Source: Giardia intestinalis
Lineage: Eukaryota
Length of the DNA: 64,000 bases
Assembly: GCA_000002435.2 (NCBI GenBank)
Contig: CM018791.1
Direction: 5' to 3' (one strand)
Shown here: in pieces, positions 1 through 12,200 of the stretch
Position numbering within the stretch: the stretch's first letter is position 1
Layout of the letters: every line of letters begins with the position of its first letter
Position numbers and translations under genes: made by a program
The notes under the pieces: generated by a model
Databases searched by the model: none
Told to the model about the DNA's origin: nothing
The model's input: only the letters and a program-made list of their open reading frames with translations

Positions 1-262
1 CGCCAATAGCATATGCAGGAATCTATCGCTGCCCTTTGGGATAGATTCTACACAAGCGTGCACCGGGGCATCGTTTCAACAGCTTCTTTACGCTAGCATA
101 TGGGCACAATCTGGGCTCCCCTTCCTTTCAAAGAAGAGTATTCAGGACTCTCGCCTCATTTTGCAGCAGAACAAAATCGATTACCGTACCACTAGCTCCT
201 TTCAGTTTTTCGAGAGACCTCAGACAATCCACCCTATTCATATTTCAACCGTGTTTCTTGAG

Positions 263-3200
263 ATGGAGGACTTAATTAAGCGCTTGATCGAGCTGCTACA
301 GATAACCAACAAATCAAATTGTGAAATCTTGGGCTTCTACAACTCCCCAGACTATAAAGATCTAAGCCCGGCAGAGCTATTTACATGGCTAGAAAAGAAC
401 GGTGAATTTGCACGTGTTGACAAGATAGACTATGTGCTCTTTGGAGATAGCAACGACATGACGAAGATAGGGATAAAGGTTGAGTCCGACACGAGTGAGG
501 AGAAGCTCGCTGAGATAAGAAAGGCGAAGCTAGCATATTACTCCAGGTTGCTGACGCGAGGAGAGCCTCTTCCTATCAAACCAGAGAACATAAAGCTCAT
601 AATAAGCGAATCCCCATACTTGCCCGATGTAACCATCGAGACTAGATTGCGATCACTGTTGCCCCTGGTATCTCTCACTTGCAAGCTGATTCTCTTAAGT
701 GACGACCTAAGCACTCAGATTGAAGATTGGTTCTCTCAATCTATCAATGCAATCTCCATCCAGGACATCAAGATTGCTATAATTCACGCTATAGATGTCG
801 CTCTTTCGTTTCTTGCGTCTGTCGGCGACGAAATTGCTATATCCTCCATTGCCCGTATGATCTTTGAAACGTTAAGCAAATACCGGCAACAATTCATCGT
901 CCTTTTCATCATAAAGGCTGCTCTGGATAATACGCAAGTAGGCTTTGGATATGATGTAACTGCGTACGACACGTTCCAGCCGTACAATAAGGGTGACATT
1001 TCCTTCGACGAATACCTGGGTATAGATAGTAGAGAGCCTCTAACCATATCTCTATACGTTAAAGACCTGCTCTCTAAGGCCCAGTATCAATTAACAGATG
1101 ATGTCATAGCAAGAAAAGCTGTGGACACCTTCATTGAGTATGCCAACAAGCTGCATTTTGCGATGAACACATACTGCATTAAAACCCGAATTGATAAACT
1201 AATTCAGCTTCAGCATCATGAGATTGCATTAAGTGTTTTGAGTACGCACGAGTCCATTCTCTTGGATTCCTTTTTATTACCTGTCTTTTGTGATTCCAGA
1301 AGTGACTTTTCTCTTCTTGCAGAGCCGGACTTTTTGTCCACCGAATTTTCTAAAACACCGGACGCCAGCTCATGCCTTCTTCCTCCCATGCGTCCAGTTG
1401 TGCATATAAGCAAGGTTAACGGTCGTTCTGGCATAGGAAAATTCATTACCACGGTTAACTGTGCTGGGTACTATAGCTATAAGTCAATTGTAGCTAAGTC
1501 TCTCATGCACGATTTACATTTACCCCCTCTGCGGATCCTGAAGATGACTCCTGCTATCCGCTCGCTGCGGAAACTGCGGTATCTCATGGTGGGTGGATCT
1601 GAGCGTATGCTTATGCAGTCGATGCACCATTATCAGGCGGATCTTCTCACATCCTTCACTTCCTACCACACTGACAGCCTGTTTGATCTAGAGTGGCTCA
1701 GCTCCTCGTCAATCATTTCCTATTATAACACAACCACGGGAACACTCTTTAGCAAGCCTATTTCTTGTTACAATGTATGTAAGCCTGAAATAGATGAATA
1801 TCTGGCTGATCTCGCCCGCGGGCCAATTGCTGCATGTCTTCACAATGCCTTAGAGCAGAAGAGTGACACGGCAGCACAGATAGAGTGGGCATCTGTTGTC
1901 GAAGCCCTGGGATTTGCACTAGCAGACTTGAGATCCATGGACAGTAGCTCTAGGGTGGAACACGTTCTTCAAAACAGACTCGAGGCGTTCTGGAATAATC
2001 TTGCAGATGTCGTGAGCTGCTCAAGCTTTTACAGGGACGCATATGAGCATAGTTCTGCGGCAAGATATGTCTTTCAAGTGTCTACTCCGGATACCTTTGA
2101 CGATCTATACACAACTGACAATACCATTTGCTTACACTCCCGTAACCTCAGGGATCTTCTTCGCATACGTAAGTTGCACCAGGGTGCTAAGCTTCGGCCC
2201 AAACAACTCGCTGTCCCCAATGCTGGTAATCTTTCGCCTTTCATCTCTGGATATATATTTCCATACAGTAACCCATTTATCACGCGACTCAAACACTTTC
2301 AATTCACCGTTATGCGTGGGCTTTATGAACAGCAGCTCTGGATGGAGCCAGCTGTGTCACATCTCTATAATATCAACGTTATAGTACAGCTTATCCTGCT
2401 CCAGTCGTGTGCGTTTCGAGAGCTATCTGCTCTCAATTTGTGTCTTAGCATTAATCACTCTGCCTCAGCATCCTTTGAATCAGAATCTTCGCTAGCTATT
2501 AGGATTGCTCCAGAAGGCTTGAAAAAGAGCGCGTGTAACATATTCTGTTATAAGCCGTTCATAGAGTTCCCTTCCCCTCCAGAGACCTTTGGTCAAGTAG
2601 TGAGTGACCTAATCATGGCCTTGAAATATGCATCTGTGTCCCGATTTAATGCTAACTTGAGCTTTAACCAGTTAGCTCTTCGGAAAACGTCGCGCCAGGG
2701 CCTGTGGACTCTATGCTCAGACATCTTCAACACGCAGACAGCCGCTATCAAAACAAATGCTCACGTTTGTAGCAGCCAACTTCTGAATCCTCTTCGCACG
2801 CACTTATCTGGGTATAGACTCTTGTTCTCCGCAATAGTAGAGGCTACCTTATACGAGTCCTACTACTCTCCAGTTTGCCGTCCTAAGCTTGCTCTCAAGG
2901 TCCCCGAATTAACCTCCAAGCATCAGGATCCTCTTCCCTTCATACTAATCCCTCTGCCGCAACGCATCATTGATGCCATATCGACGGTACTCGCATGCTG
3001 TGGATATACAGGATACGAATTTGTTGCGTTTAAGCTTCTGTATCCAACTGGAGTGTATGTTTACTATATCGACGGCATCCTGCAGCGTTCTCGATATGCT
3101 CAACGCTGGACCAAAACATACTCCATCCCGCAGAGCTCCAGTGACCAACTGTTATTCACAAAAGACACTGTTTCTTACTCTCTCCTAATAGATCCTGTGC

Positions 3201-6200
3201 AGCGCGTTCTTACTGAGCGAGAAGCGCTGGAATACATCCCGTTAGCCACACCGTTGTGCTTCCAATACTTACACCTTTTGTTCACTACTACAACAATTGC
3301 ATTCATCAACCATTGCCTATCCTTATCATTCGGTCTTTACACAACACAGTTTGCTAACCTCCTACAAACAGAGCTGCTGTGCTCAGCTCCAGACAGCCCC
3401 TACCGTAACGAACTTTCGTACTTTGTGCGAGGACTACCTCTCCGAATCACGATTCATGCCATCAGAAAGCTAATGCTCAATATTCAAGAGGGCGCCATCT
3501 ACCAACACAAGGATAGTCTCGAGACACTTGACAATCTGGGCAATCTTGTGGGCTCTCTTCGCCAACTTGTCATCGATCATAGAAAGTATAAGGTTCTTAC
3601 CTTTGATAAGAGCTACACGGACCTCATACTGGAACGTGCTATGCATCGTCTTTCACGGTTACACGACTTGCGGGCCGAACCCCTTACTATCTATACCGGT
3701 GATCCCCTTAAACTTGGTGAGCTGTATGCCGCTAGGACCTCTGATTCGTCATACCATCCAGCAATGCACTCCGCGGATGTAGACTCTCTTTGCGCGCTTT
3801 CCTCTAGTGACGAGGACGACGACGCACTAGACCCAGGGGTGGATGCTGAAGAGGCACTTACCAACTTGCGAAACAAGCTCGATCACCGGCTTGAGCATAC
3901 TGCACATTCGCAGATGCGTTATAACGCTGATCTTTGTAGGGCTGACCGACAATTGAGTGGAAGCGTCGATCAGACATGTGCCACGTCAACGAGTCCTGGG
4001 GCCGGTGATACGGTTTCCAGAGCAATGACAGTGGATAGGTTTTTGACCATTGGACAAATAACAAGCCTATTCGGCTTTTCAAATAGCATGCTGGAGGCGT
4101 CCATTCTGTTACCCTGCTTCAGTGACGCGCGCTCGCAGCATATCTTGGATGTTCTTGATGAGATGGACACTTTACTTTCGACAGTGCGTGGCTGCGTGAA
4201 CAGGAACCCAGACACTGGTGACATCAGCATTGAACAGACTATCTCCGTCTGCCCCGATTTTATGAATACATATTCTTCCCTAATCACATGTCCGACTAAA
4301 GAGATTGAAAAGTATGAGGATTCTCTTGGACAGCACCTTAGGACAATCAGTGCTCAATCTTCTCCTAAGGTTGATCAGTCAATGTATACGTTTTGTCAAT
4401 CAGAAATAGAGGCCATATCATCTTTTCACAACGAGGTCTATTCAGAAGGGGGATTGATAGGGCGGCTTGGGTCTGCCCCGCTTGAAGTTGATGCTCCGTA
4501 CTTTGCACCGTCATTTAGAGGCCTGACTTCCTTTGTCAAGGCAACGGAGTTGTTACTACTAGAGCACTTTGCCATTCTGGTAACTCCCACAACAACGGGC
4601 TACTCTGACCCAAGGGTACTTAACTTCCTCAACGTAAAACTGCCACTACATATGGCATACAGCGTCATCTTTGTATCTGTAGCGTCGAGATTCTTCTCTG
4701 CTTCGGAGGTTTTAAAGCTCCTTGCTACACCAGTGCTCGTCGTCATCCGTGATCTAACTTCAGAACCTGTCAAGAACAACTTACCAGCCTCCCTGCAGGA
4801 GCTGGCATCTCTTTTTGCTACTATTTCAACAGTTAAAGCTCCAGGCCGGCTAATTATCTGGGATCCGTCACTCATTGCGGCGGCTTCTGAGCCCGTCGTC
4901 TATGAGCTGTCTCCTGTGCTTCGCAGTGCTCTTGGAGCAGCTCAAATTCCCATATCTTCCCACTACATAGTGATGGCTTCTGACTTGTTTGAATGGTGTA
5001 TGCCACCACCTATTGTCTCTCTCCCGCAACCTATTGTGTGTCTTGCGAAGCTACTTTCTGGCTATATTTCAATGCCTAAAGTTTCACTAGACACGATAGG
5101 GTCCTTTATATCCCGCATCTCCTCTTGTACGTCTGGCGCAGACACTGAGCCGCGAGCTAGCTATCGCATGGCGGTCGGCCTTCTCTCGCTGCAGTGTCAT
5201 ACTAATCATAGACTAATGACCCTCTTGGAAGCGATATCATCTGTAATAGGAAAGTCCGAGCTGGGTCTGGGCTTTACTGGCAAGAATGCTCTAGAAGCCT
5301 TAAGAACCTTTCTGGGCATCGAGTTTTGGGGCACAAAGGTGCTGTTGGCAGTTGCTCCGAGGCTGCCTGCGTTCGTTTATCTTCTATCTCCAAATCCCTG
5401 TAGCAATGCAGTTCACAAATTGGCCAGTATATCCATTATTGGACCGGTCATTGACAATACAAGCACTCGAGACCTAGAACTTACTGGCCCGCACATTAAT
5501 TGCAGTGCCCCCATACTACTAGAAGTATTAACTTCAGTTTGTCTACCCTGCATCCATTGCCCGCGCTGGGTGGAGATGTTCTATGAACAGTTTTATGCAA
5601 CAGATTGTCGTGGCCTCGTACCCCTGAATACTAAAGGTTGGGGGATTCTCGCCTCCCTAGCTTACAGTATTCTAAACAGAGTGGACAACCTTATACACGG
5701 CCTATACTTGGGAATTACAGACTTCAAGCTAGACTTTAGTAGTACCTCATGTCTGTCTATCATTGAGAAGGTTTCTGCCCAGCCCGTTCTTACACACGGC
5801 TTCGATCTGATGACAGACACATACACCACCGAACTGCTTATTCTATCATTGGTGCGTATATTGACGGACTTCCAGCTCTCCAGCAACACCCTTTCCTTAA
5901 AAGCGCTTCTCAATAAGTCTGGGACTGGGCATGGTACTGCTTTGAACACTAAAGAAGAAATTTTCAAAATCTACAATGGATTAGATACCGTTTCAATCAT
6001 CAGTGCAATCCACGTGATACGAAACCTTAGCGAGCTGCATACTTTGTACAGCGGGGAGGTTATTCTGGACTCTCACTGCATCTACATATTAGTGATTCCC
6101 GAGCAGCACATCCCAGTCACCTCAGATCGCTACTATCACATCATGCGCATATTATCAGCCAAAAGAGAGAGCACCACCAAGCTGATTGTCCTTACAAACT

Positions 6201-9200
6201 GTCGCTCTATCTATGGTCGCTATGTAGAGCTGGGAATCACCACTGAGAGCCCGCTTGCTCAGGAGTTGGATGGGCCTTGTCTTCATGGCATGCTGAGCCA
6301 TGCGCATCTGCTCTACGAGTTTGCGAGCAACTTATCCTATAGCAATATAGTAGAGAGCTACAATGCTTCAACGGGCGCCTTTGCGGAGCTGGAGGCAGCA
6401 AACGTGTCTGCAACTATGTTCGAAGAGACACTCTCCAATTTCGTCTTCACTCTTGAGCAGCGTATCTTTGTGGTTAACTTGGCCGAGTGCCTCAAGATAT
6501 TGTTTGTTCCCATCCTATACATCCCCCTTGAAGCTTACAAACTAACCCCCACTCTGTCAACTCAAACTCTGTCTGGAATTTTGACGATCTACCTTTACTT
6601 GTTACAGCTCTACTCCGTGCTCACTGCAAGGCCAAAGCTAGGAGCACTACGAGCGTGCATCTACCCTCACTACAGCTTTGAGTGCAACATGGACTTTTTA
6701 ATGATCATTACATTGATAACAGATAGGTTTTCTACAGCTCTTGCGTACATAATCGCTATTCTCTTCTCTTTTGCCACCACAGCTGTCAAGCTCTTCTTGC
6801 TATGTTCTACTGATCATGTCTTCAACCGCGAGTTACTCCTGTCTAAATTAAACAATGACCCGGCAACTGCTCTAGCAAAGCATCACAGTAAGTGCCTTTG
6901 CGACATGATACAACTGGTTCTCCTTGAGAAGAAGGGCAAAACCCAATATGAATGTGCAATGAACAAAATTTCGTCTGAGTTCAATCAACCACTATTTGAA
7001 TGTACTCAGATACTAAATCATTATTTCAAAGGCATCATTGATTTGCTGAATTTGCCAGGAGATTCGCACGTATATCGAACGCCATATCTTTATCTACTTC
7101 CGCAGTTTCCAGACTTGTCCGCATCCATAGAGGCCACATGCAGTTCTTATGAATCCATTCTTGCTGTCCGCACAATTGTAGGCTCGTACAAGCACTCCAA
7201 GCCTGAAGCCCTCGATCCTCTGCGCCACGTTACGTTTGAATTAACTCCGCTACCTTATCCTAGTGACTTCTTGGCAGATATCACGGATGCCCAGGTTCCC
7301 ACGGGAGACCATGAGGCAGACTTGCTGGTTTATCGGGCTGTTATCTATCAGCACAAGGGCATCAGCAGAGAGGACTACAAAGGGTTTTCCCTTGCTTACT
7401 GCTTGGCTGCGTCCGCTTACTTCTGCAGGCCTTTTTGTCTCGCAGCTAGTCTCTTCGGAGTTCAGAACACGGTTGTGCTAAAGTATGCATACCCTCTCAT
7501 CAAGCAAGACTGCTCCACCATGGTTCACACTGAGTACGTGTCGCCGTCTTCGGTGACATCTAGTTCTTCTTTAGATATTCTCTCACTGCGTTCGTACTAT
7601 CGTGTTACTAAGTTATATTTGCGTGACGAGTCAGATATCCGCGTGTTTCTCTCTCGCCACCACACCTGGTTTTGTTTAACAGAGGACTCTAGTGAGAGGC
7701 TTGCTATAGCCTTTGTGCGAACGATTATCATTATAGAAGTGGAGTGTCCAGAAGTCCTAGCATCGGGCTTTCTGTCCTCTTTTGCATATCATCAACTAAT
7801 ACAAATGCCAGATTCACTTGGTCATGTAATGACATACAAAATGGTCAATGTTTGTCCCATAATTAACATTTGCTTGGCCATAGGGCAAACGAAAACTAAT
7901 GTTAACGCCTTGAACTTGCTTAGCCATTTGTATTGTCCGCATGCCATAGCAGATTGTTATTCTAGTCCCGAAGGGGATACCGGTACTGCAGCGCTTTTCA
8001 CCCCCACACAGCAAGTTCTGCTCTATGTCCTTCAAACAGAAATAGGGGCCTTGCTTGACCCTGCAGCCGTTGTGCATCTGTGTAAGCGCCTCGCATGTTT
8101 ATCAATACCCTACACTTCTCTCTTGCCTATCCTTTGGGCATTCTCCCAACTGTACTCTCTATATTTATATTCAAATGTATTAACTAGTCAGGGCACTCGC
8201 TCAATCAACTCGCCAGAGACTTCCACAAGGACCACAGAAGCAGTTGACAGCCTACTTGACTTCGTCTACTTTCAGCAATTTGGGCTTCAGATTGCATCCA
8301 GCAGCAACTGGTCGAATCCTCAGCAGTTAATAGAAACCATGGTGACCAACTTGATACCAGCTCTTTCCTCTATCTCAGTTGAGTCCTCATCTATTCTTGC
8401 GAGCTCATTGAGTAGTGAGCCTAGCATTTGTCCGGTTTTTTCTAAAAACTATCTATTACAAATTCTTTCTATTCATATCAATGCAGTCCATATGCGAAAT
8501 CTTTTTAATAGGATTATGTTCCATTATGCTGGAACTGTGGATAGACGCGACAAGGTATTGATGCGAATGCGACAGGCAACATCTTCAAGTTCAAACGATA
8601 ACCTACTTGCACCTTCTACCCGCAATAATTTACTGCCATCCTTTAGCTTGGATTCTATAGATACTTCTTTTAGAAGTCCATTGATCATCTTGGACAAGCT
8701 TTTGAAGGATGCCTTTCACAGACGCCTTCCATCCACGAAGCTAGAAAAACTATTCACCTTGCCGTATGTGAGCGGCATTCGGACGCCTATTTCCGTTGTC
8801 ATTTCATCGTACTTATCTTACGACGAATTTGTCTTCACCGTTTCACGCCTAACCTGCTCCGAAGTCAAGGTCCCAATGAGCTCAAAGCGGACGTCCATCA
8901 GCTCAGTGGTTGTTGACCTAGGAGGAATCTGTGGTGCCTATCCTTCTGCAGATATAGGTGCAAACCAGACCCTTGGCCAGCTTTCATCTAGAGAAAGAAT
9001 ACTGATGGGTATCCGGGCTGCCGTTGGAAGCATCCTCCGTCTATCTCCTTCTATCTACATGCCTACAAATGCGCGGAAGGACCGGACAGACACGTATCTT
9101 CTTCGAGCGTCTGTCTCATATTATGACGAGCAAAGAGAGAGTTGTATGGCTACAGCACCAGATAATATAAAGAAAGACGCTGGTAGGTATTTGTTTGGCA

Positions 9201-12200
9201 CATCTGCCGCTGCCGATGAGTACTCTGCCTCCATGTTTGAACTCTCGATCCCGTTTCCCGTGGGCAGGTTCATAAGCATACCATCCCCGTCCTCCACTAT
9301 ATGCTCGAACATCCATGATGTTCAGGCATCTCTATACACCTTTGCCACATATGCCGGGTTTCAACCGGCGATGCTGCCCGAGTACAACAGGGTAATAATT
9401 ATCGCTCCAATATCTCTACTTCTGGGAACCAGTACACTGGACGTGCTATCGTCTCTTGGTGAGATGTCGTCCTCAGAGAGTCTTTGGCAGCCATCGGAGC
9501 TGTCAGATGTTCTATCTGATTTTACAACCAATACCTCTGTCTCAATGCCAACACTGCCCCTCCTTAATAGTATTATTGCCACTAGACTGAGTATTTTCAT
9601 CTTTGATGATCTCAACATTATGGACTCTAAAGCGGTCCTCAGCCCTGAGCTCCAGCGTCTACGCGCACTTGCCACTATACTCAATCTGCAGGACTATTCA
9701 CACATATTGCCCACAAATCTTCAAGTGTTTACGGAGGCCTTTAACTTAGATTACTTCTATACTGAGGAAACATTTGGAGAGGAGCTCAATGACACTGACT
9801 CTAATGAAGCAGCATCGCCTGTGCTCGGTAATGATATCCACTTGCTGACTACTCCCTCAAAGGAGAAACCGGTGAGTTTTCTTCCCGGCGATCTGTTAAC
9901 GTTTACTGAGATAGCCACGAATAGCACAAATCCTTACATTATAACAATGAGGCTCCGGTGCTCCTATCTTCTTAAATACATGTGGAGGCTCTTCAGTTCA
10001 GAATACACTCTTCCCCAGAATATACTGTTGGCTGTGTTTGGCTCAGCTGGCAACGGGTATGCACTTTCTAACAAATCCATTCCATCCACCGCGATAACGG
10101 TTAAGTCTCAGTTGGAGAGCGTGCAGAAGTCACGCGTGCTATTGTCAGGCAATTCTACTCGGCTGCAATCCGGACTAAGTAACTTTAGTTCTGCCAGGGA
10201 TTTGTCAAACGAAGATTTTGGGTCAGCACAGCTTGATACCGAACTTCGGCAGCTCTCGAAGCGAACATTACTATATTGCAACCTAATATATAGAATCCTT
10301 GCGACTGGGGCCATAAAAGAGAACCCTGTCGTAACCTCTAAGCAGACTACTTTGCTCTCTGACAAATTTATCCGTGGAGCAAAGGAACCTGTACCACTAG
10401 CCACAGATCCTGACTCTGCTCAGGAGTCCTCATATCATCACTCAGAGTCGCAGTTCGACTCTCCTCGACACTTATCACTCGAGAAAGGTTTGGACTCAGA
10501 TACCACCAGTGATTCCGCCACTTCCACACTCATTAAAGTTATCCTCGAACTGTTGCCGCAAGCGACTGCTGAGTTCTCAGTTCTGAAGCACTATGTGTCG
10601 ATAGAACTAATGACTTCACTCGCTAATGCACTCAGCAATAGCATAGTGCTATACTATTCCAAGGAGCATCTGTCCATTCAAGATAGTGCTGTTACATTGG
10701 CCAATTTGCAGCACCACATCGGCACTCTCCAAAGTGCTGCAGCTTCCCATGCCAAGTGCGTAGAGGAGGTTGATAGCCTTATCCAGACACAAGAGGAATC
10801 TATTTCGACCTTACTAAAGCAAGAGGTGGAATATCAAACAACGGTGAATATGCTACTCTCAGAAAAGGAAGCTCTCGGTTTGACCCTTGACACCCAATTA
10901 GAGGATCTGTTCTTAAAGGTGGAACCTTGTCGCATAAAGATAGAAGAGGCCATCAGCTTTCTCTATCGCCTATTCCATGTCTCATTGGAAGCATCGCCTG
11001 ACCTCCTGCTCTCTGACATCTCCGTGGAGCTTTTAGTATCCTTGTTTGGCGTATCAAGAACCTTCCTCCAGGCATCAACACTGTCCATAGATACTGCGCT
11101 ATCTATTAAGTTAACAGAACTCGATATTAGCCACATTCTTAATACGCCTCTATCGCCTGCTGCACTGACCCTTCTAGAAGAAGAGCCGTCTCCCAAGTCT
11201 GCTCTGAGCGATTGTCTGTGCCGCCTTGGAAGTGCTATTGTTGAATACAAAGCTTTGCTAATGCCACATACGATGCTGACAAACAATTCTGCCTATGCTA
11301 ACTATCATAAGCTTGCCATTTTGCTTGCTCTAAAACGGGTGGATGAGGAGCTAGTAAAAGCTCAGCTACAAATAGCAGGGGTCAATTTGGAGAACTATCG
11401 AAAGGAGCGAGCCAATTTAGAAACCCAGAAGAAGCTACTTCTAGAGACAGATGACATCCGTGTGCCCCAAGAAGATATCCTTGCACTTATTTCCAGGCGT
11501 ACCGACGATGAGCTGCACTGCCGACGAATGCTACATTTGGCTGCTTTGTACGGAAGTCTGATCTCTGCATGCACGCTCTTTGGCTTCCATCACCTTGGTC
11601 TGTTCACTGCTATGTTGGATGCATCCTTTGGCAAGACCAAAGATGCACAGCTCTGTGTAGGCTGTCAGCTCGTTGATCATGGAGCTGCGTGTCATGCATG
11701 TCACAACTGTCGCTGCTTTTGTCGCTGTACACGCACCTATCAGCCCACTGGTGCATATGTAACAAACGCAGCGCAGACCCTTCCACTTCTCTGCACAGAC
11801 ATCACTAAAAAGGAGCACTTGTTAAATGTCGTAACTAAGGTCTTCGGAGAGGTGTGCCTCACTAAGTCATCGCTCCAGTATCGCCTTACCTTAGGTCACA
11901 CTGCTCTCTTGGAATACATAAGCTGCGTTGTCCTCTGTCAGCTTCCTTCGCGGGCCCCAATATACGTTTCTGGAAATATTCTGCATAGTGCAATTGCAGA
12001 GGCCGTCTCTGGCTCACCCGGATATACAGTAATATCCATGAAAAATGAGAACAAGCTGGTGGATGACACAGAAGAATTTTATACATCGTTTGTCAATACA
12101 TTGCAGGAAACTCTATCCGCTCATACTCACAGTGTGATCTTCTTGAAGGTGGAGACAATCAATTGGAAAGCTCTGGATTTGCTAGGTGCTTTAACATATG

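Noticed and set aside
161-262. ORF-track start of the giant gene at 161, and similar starts at 23582, 53026 and 59559.
   Set aside because: These are TTG/GTG codons from a bacterial-type start table. Eukaryotic initiation here should be at ATG, so the genes were re-anchored to the first in-frame ATG with AT-rich upstream context.
1381-1450. Walker-A-like string GRSGIGKF in the giant protein.
   Set aside because: It lacks the Ser/Thr after Lys (GxxxxGK[ST]). There is no accompanying Walker B or other NTPase motifs nearby. Probably fortuitous.
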